This document shows, one piece after another, positions 61,070 through 62,901 of a stretch of DNA of 62,901 bases. The position numbers and the translations under genes were made by a program. A model generated the notes under the pieces. The model did no database searches, was not told the origin of the DNA, and saw nothing but the letters and a program-made list of their open reading frames with translations. The stretch covers positions 68,934,622 to 68,997,522 of the forward strand of contig NC_057719.1 in assembly GCF_004010195.1 (NCBI RefSeq). Reading direction: 5' to 3'. The DNA comes from Chiloscyllium plagiosum. Its lineage: Eukaryota. The stretch's first letter is position 1, and every line of letters starts with the position of its first letter.

Positions 61070-61586
61070 GTAAGGTTAGTGTAGTTTGCAAATGACACAG
61101 CAGAATTTCTACTTTTTTTTTTCTTTTGCAAAATACTAAGATATTTTTGACTGGGAGTTTATTTATGCCATTTGTAATTTATAAAGCGAGTAAAAGATTG
61201 TGCCATCAGTGATACCTGTAGAACACGTTGATCACTTGGTGATATTCTAAATTTTAATGTAAGATTGATCAGACATACAGTCTACTCATTTATGGTAGGT
61301 AGGATTAAAAAATTATAATTGGTACCTAACTATTGAGTCCTCTGCTTATGTTTAATTTTTCTAGAATTACTATTGACATGGCTGAGTCTTATCAAATGTA
61401 GCACGGGAAATAGAATATGGAGAGTACATATGTTTAAATATCCTGTAGGTGCCATGTCAGGTTAAAAATAGGCTTTATGACGATCTAGTCAAAGTCATGA
61501 TTTAAACTTGCACAGATCTATCTGAGTTTGCACTGCAGTAATTAATGCTTTGGAAATGTTTATAATATTTATTTTCCTGTTTTCAG

Positions 61587-61643
61587 CTATCAAATAGGTA
61601 TTGGGCACCTCACGTGAAGAAGAAAATGACATTTGAATCTAAG
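61587..61643 (+). CDS. AQR: Aquarius coding exon 2
   Basis: Acceptor ttttcctgttttcag|; translates LSNRYWAPHVKKKMTFESK (cf. LACKYWAPHIKKK); donor AAG|GTAAAT; 57 nt, in frame with the previous exon. Confidence 0.95.
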
Positions 61644-62052
61644 GTAAATCATGTTTTGTATTCTTGTATTTAAATCATGTGCACTGTATGGAACATCTTT
61701 AAATGTGAAAACACCATCAAAAGCTTGATTTGTTGTTGCAGTTATTGCATGGCCAATAGAAGAGAGAAATCTCCAGATTACGTTTCTGGGAAAATGTTTC
61801 TTTGCTACAGATTTACATATCTAGTGATTGTTCTTATTGGAGTTCTTAATGCAGATCAAACCTGAAGTTTCCTTCCCATTATGCTGAAGGTAACCTAGCT
61901 GGATCACTGTCAACTGAACCGTAAAATAAATCCCTATTCTTATCCTGTTCCTACCCAAATAATTACCTACCCAAATAATTATGTTGAAACATTAGAAGTA
62001 AATTATCTCGTACTGGCATAATGTATTCCACTGCTTGTTTTCTTTGCAACAG

Positions 62053-62093
62053 GTCGTTGAAGATGTGTATCAGAAAGAGATTGTAAAGGCAAA
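62053..62093 (+). CDS. AQR: Aquarius coding exon 3 (gene continues beyond the window)
   Basis: Acceptor tttctttgcaacag|; translates VVEDVYQKEIVKA(K) (cf. VIEDIYEKEIVKS); donor AA|GTAAGG, phase 2. Confidence 0.93.
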
Positions 62094-62384
62094 GTAAGGG
62101 CATCAATTTCTATTGGTTCAGTCTTTAAGACATTACATTTGTACTCTTGTGTATGTACAGAGTTAAACCAAAAGATCCCTAATGTTTTAAAAATGCTCTG
62201 TTTGTCATTACGTGGTCATTATATAAGTCTTACAGCAGCGCAATATTTTTGGTAGCTAAAGGTTTTACCAATGTAAAGTGCATGTCTTGAGAATATTCCC
62301 TCTATAAAATCTCTGATGTTGAGAAATTGAAATGCATTTTGCACTACTGTTGAACAGACAAGGGAGAATAGATGTTTCAAATTG

Positions 62385-62708
62385 TACAGAAGATCCAGGG
62401 GGTAGAGTTGTGGGAGCCTCAGCCCCTGTCCTCGTCCAACAGGTTCAAGGGTTTTGCTCCCTGTATGGATGGAACTGGGGACTGCAGGGCGGATGAGCAG
62501 AATGACCATGGCACCATGGTGCAGGGAGCCATTCAAGTGGGGGGAGAGAAGAGAAACGTTGTTGTAACTGGGAATAGTATCGTTAGAGGCATAGACACTG
62601 TTCTCTATAACCAGGATCGAGAGTTGTGTGTCTGCCTGGTGCTCTGGTTCGGGATATCTCACCTGGGCTGCAGAGGAACTTGGAGTGGGAGGATAAAGAT
62701 CCAGTTGC
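62385..62708 (+). mobile_element. CR1 ORF1 (esterase-like) fragment
   Basis: SNRF..VVVTGNSIVRGID; similar to 28900-29230. Confidence 0.75.
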
Positions 62709-62901
62709 AAGGTTTGTGAAGGTTTGTAGCTCAGGTTGAGGTTTAGGGTGTACGTTGGCTCGCTGAGCTGTGGGTTTGATATCCAGACGTTTCATTACCT
62801 GGCTAGGTAACATCATCAGTGGCGACCTCCAAGTGAACTGTTGTCTCTGTCTCCTGCTTTCTATTTATATCTTTCTCCTGGATGGGGTTCCTGGGGTTTG
62901 T
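62709..62901 (-). mobile_element. Penelope-like element terminus in an AQR intron
   Basis: caaggtttgtgaagg terminus like 47344; carries a hammerhead motif. Confidence 0.8.
62783..62822 (-). ncRNA. Minimal type-I hammerhead ribozyme, intact core
   Basis: CCA CTGATGA T GTTACCT-AGCC-AGGTAAT GAAAC GTC TGG: stem I CCA/TGG, 7-bp stem II, GUC cleavage triplet. Confidence 0.8.

Overview
Repeat-rich vertebrate genomic DNA. The HE1-type SINEs, CR1/HER1 LINEs and SacSINE-like elements point to a cartilaginous fish (shark); this is an inference. There is a 500-N scaffold gap at 34330-34829. The right end holds a CpG-rich promoter (~57.9 kb) and the first three coding exons of AQR (Aquarius spliceosomal helicase, + strand). 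The main unannotated signal is on the - strand. About 14 splice-site-bounded exon remnants, running from ~46.65 kb down to ~2 kb, translate in colinear order into a divergent myosin-VII-type tail (MyTH4-FERM-SH3-MyTH4). The 5' exons are largely intact, the 3' exons carry many stops and frameshifts, and no motor-domain exons are visible before the AQR promoter. It looks like a decaying, possibly motorless MYO7-like gene lying head-to-head with AQR. Mobile DNA includes a near-full-length Tx1-clade LINE with a ZCCHC3-like ORF1, a TSD-bounded double-tailed Tx1 insertion, and several Penelope-like elements. Their termini carry minimal hammerhead ribozyme motifs (two look intact) and recur as fold-back palindromes. 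All protein and repeat similarities were judged by eye against remembered family motifs, not by database search. Repeat boundaries are approximate.
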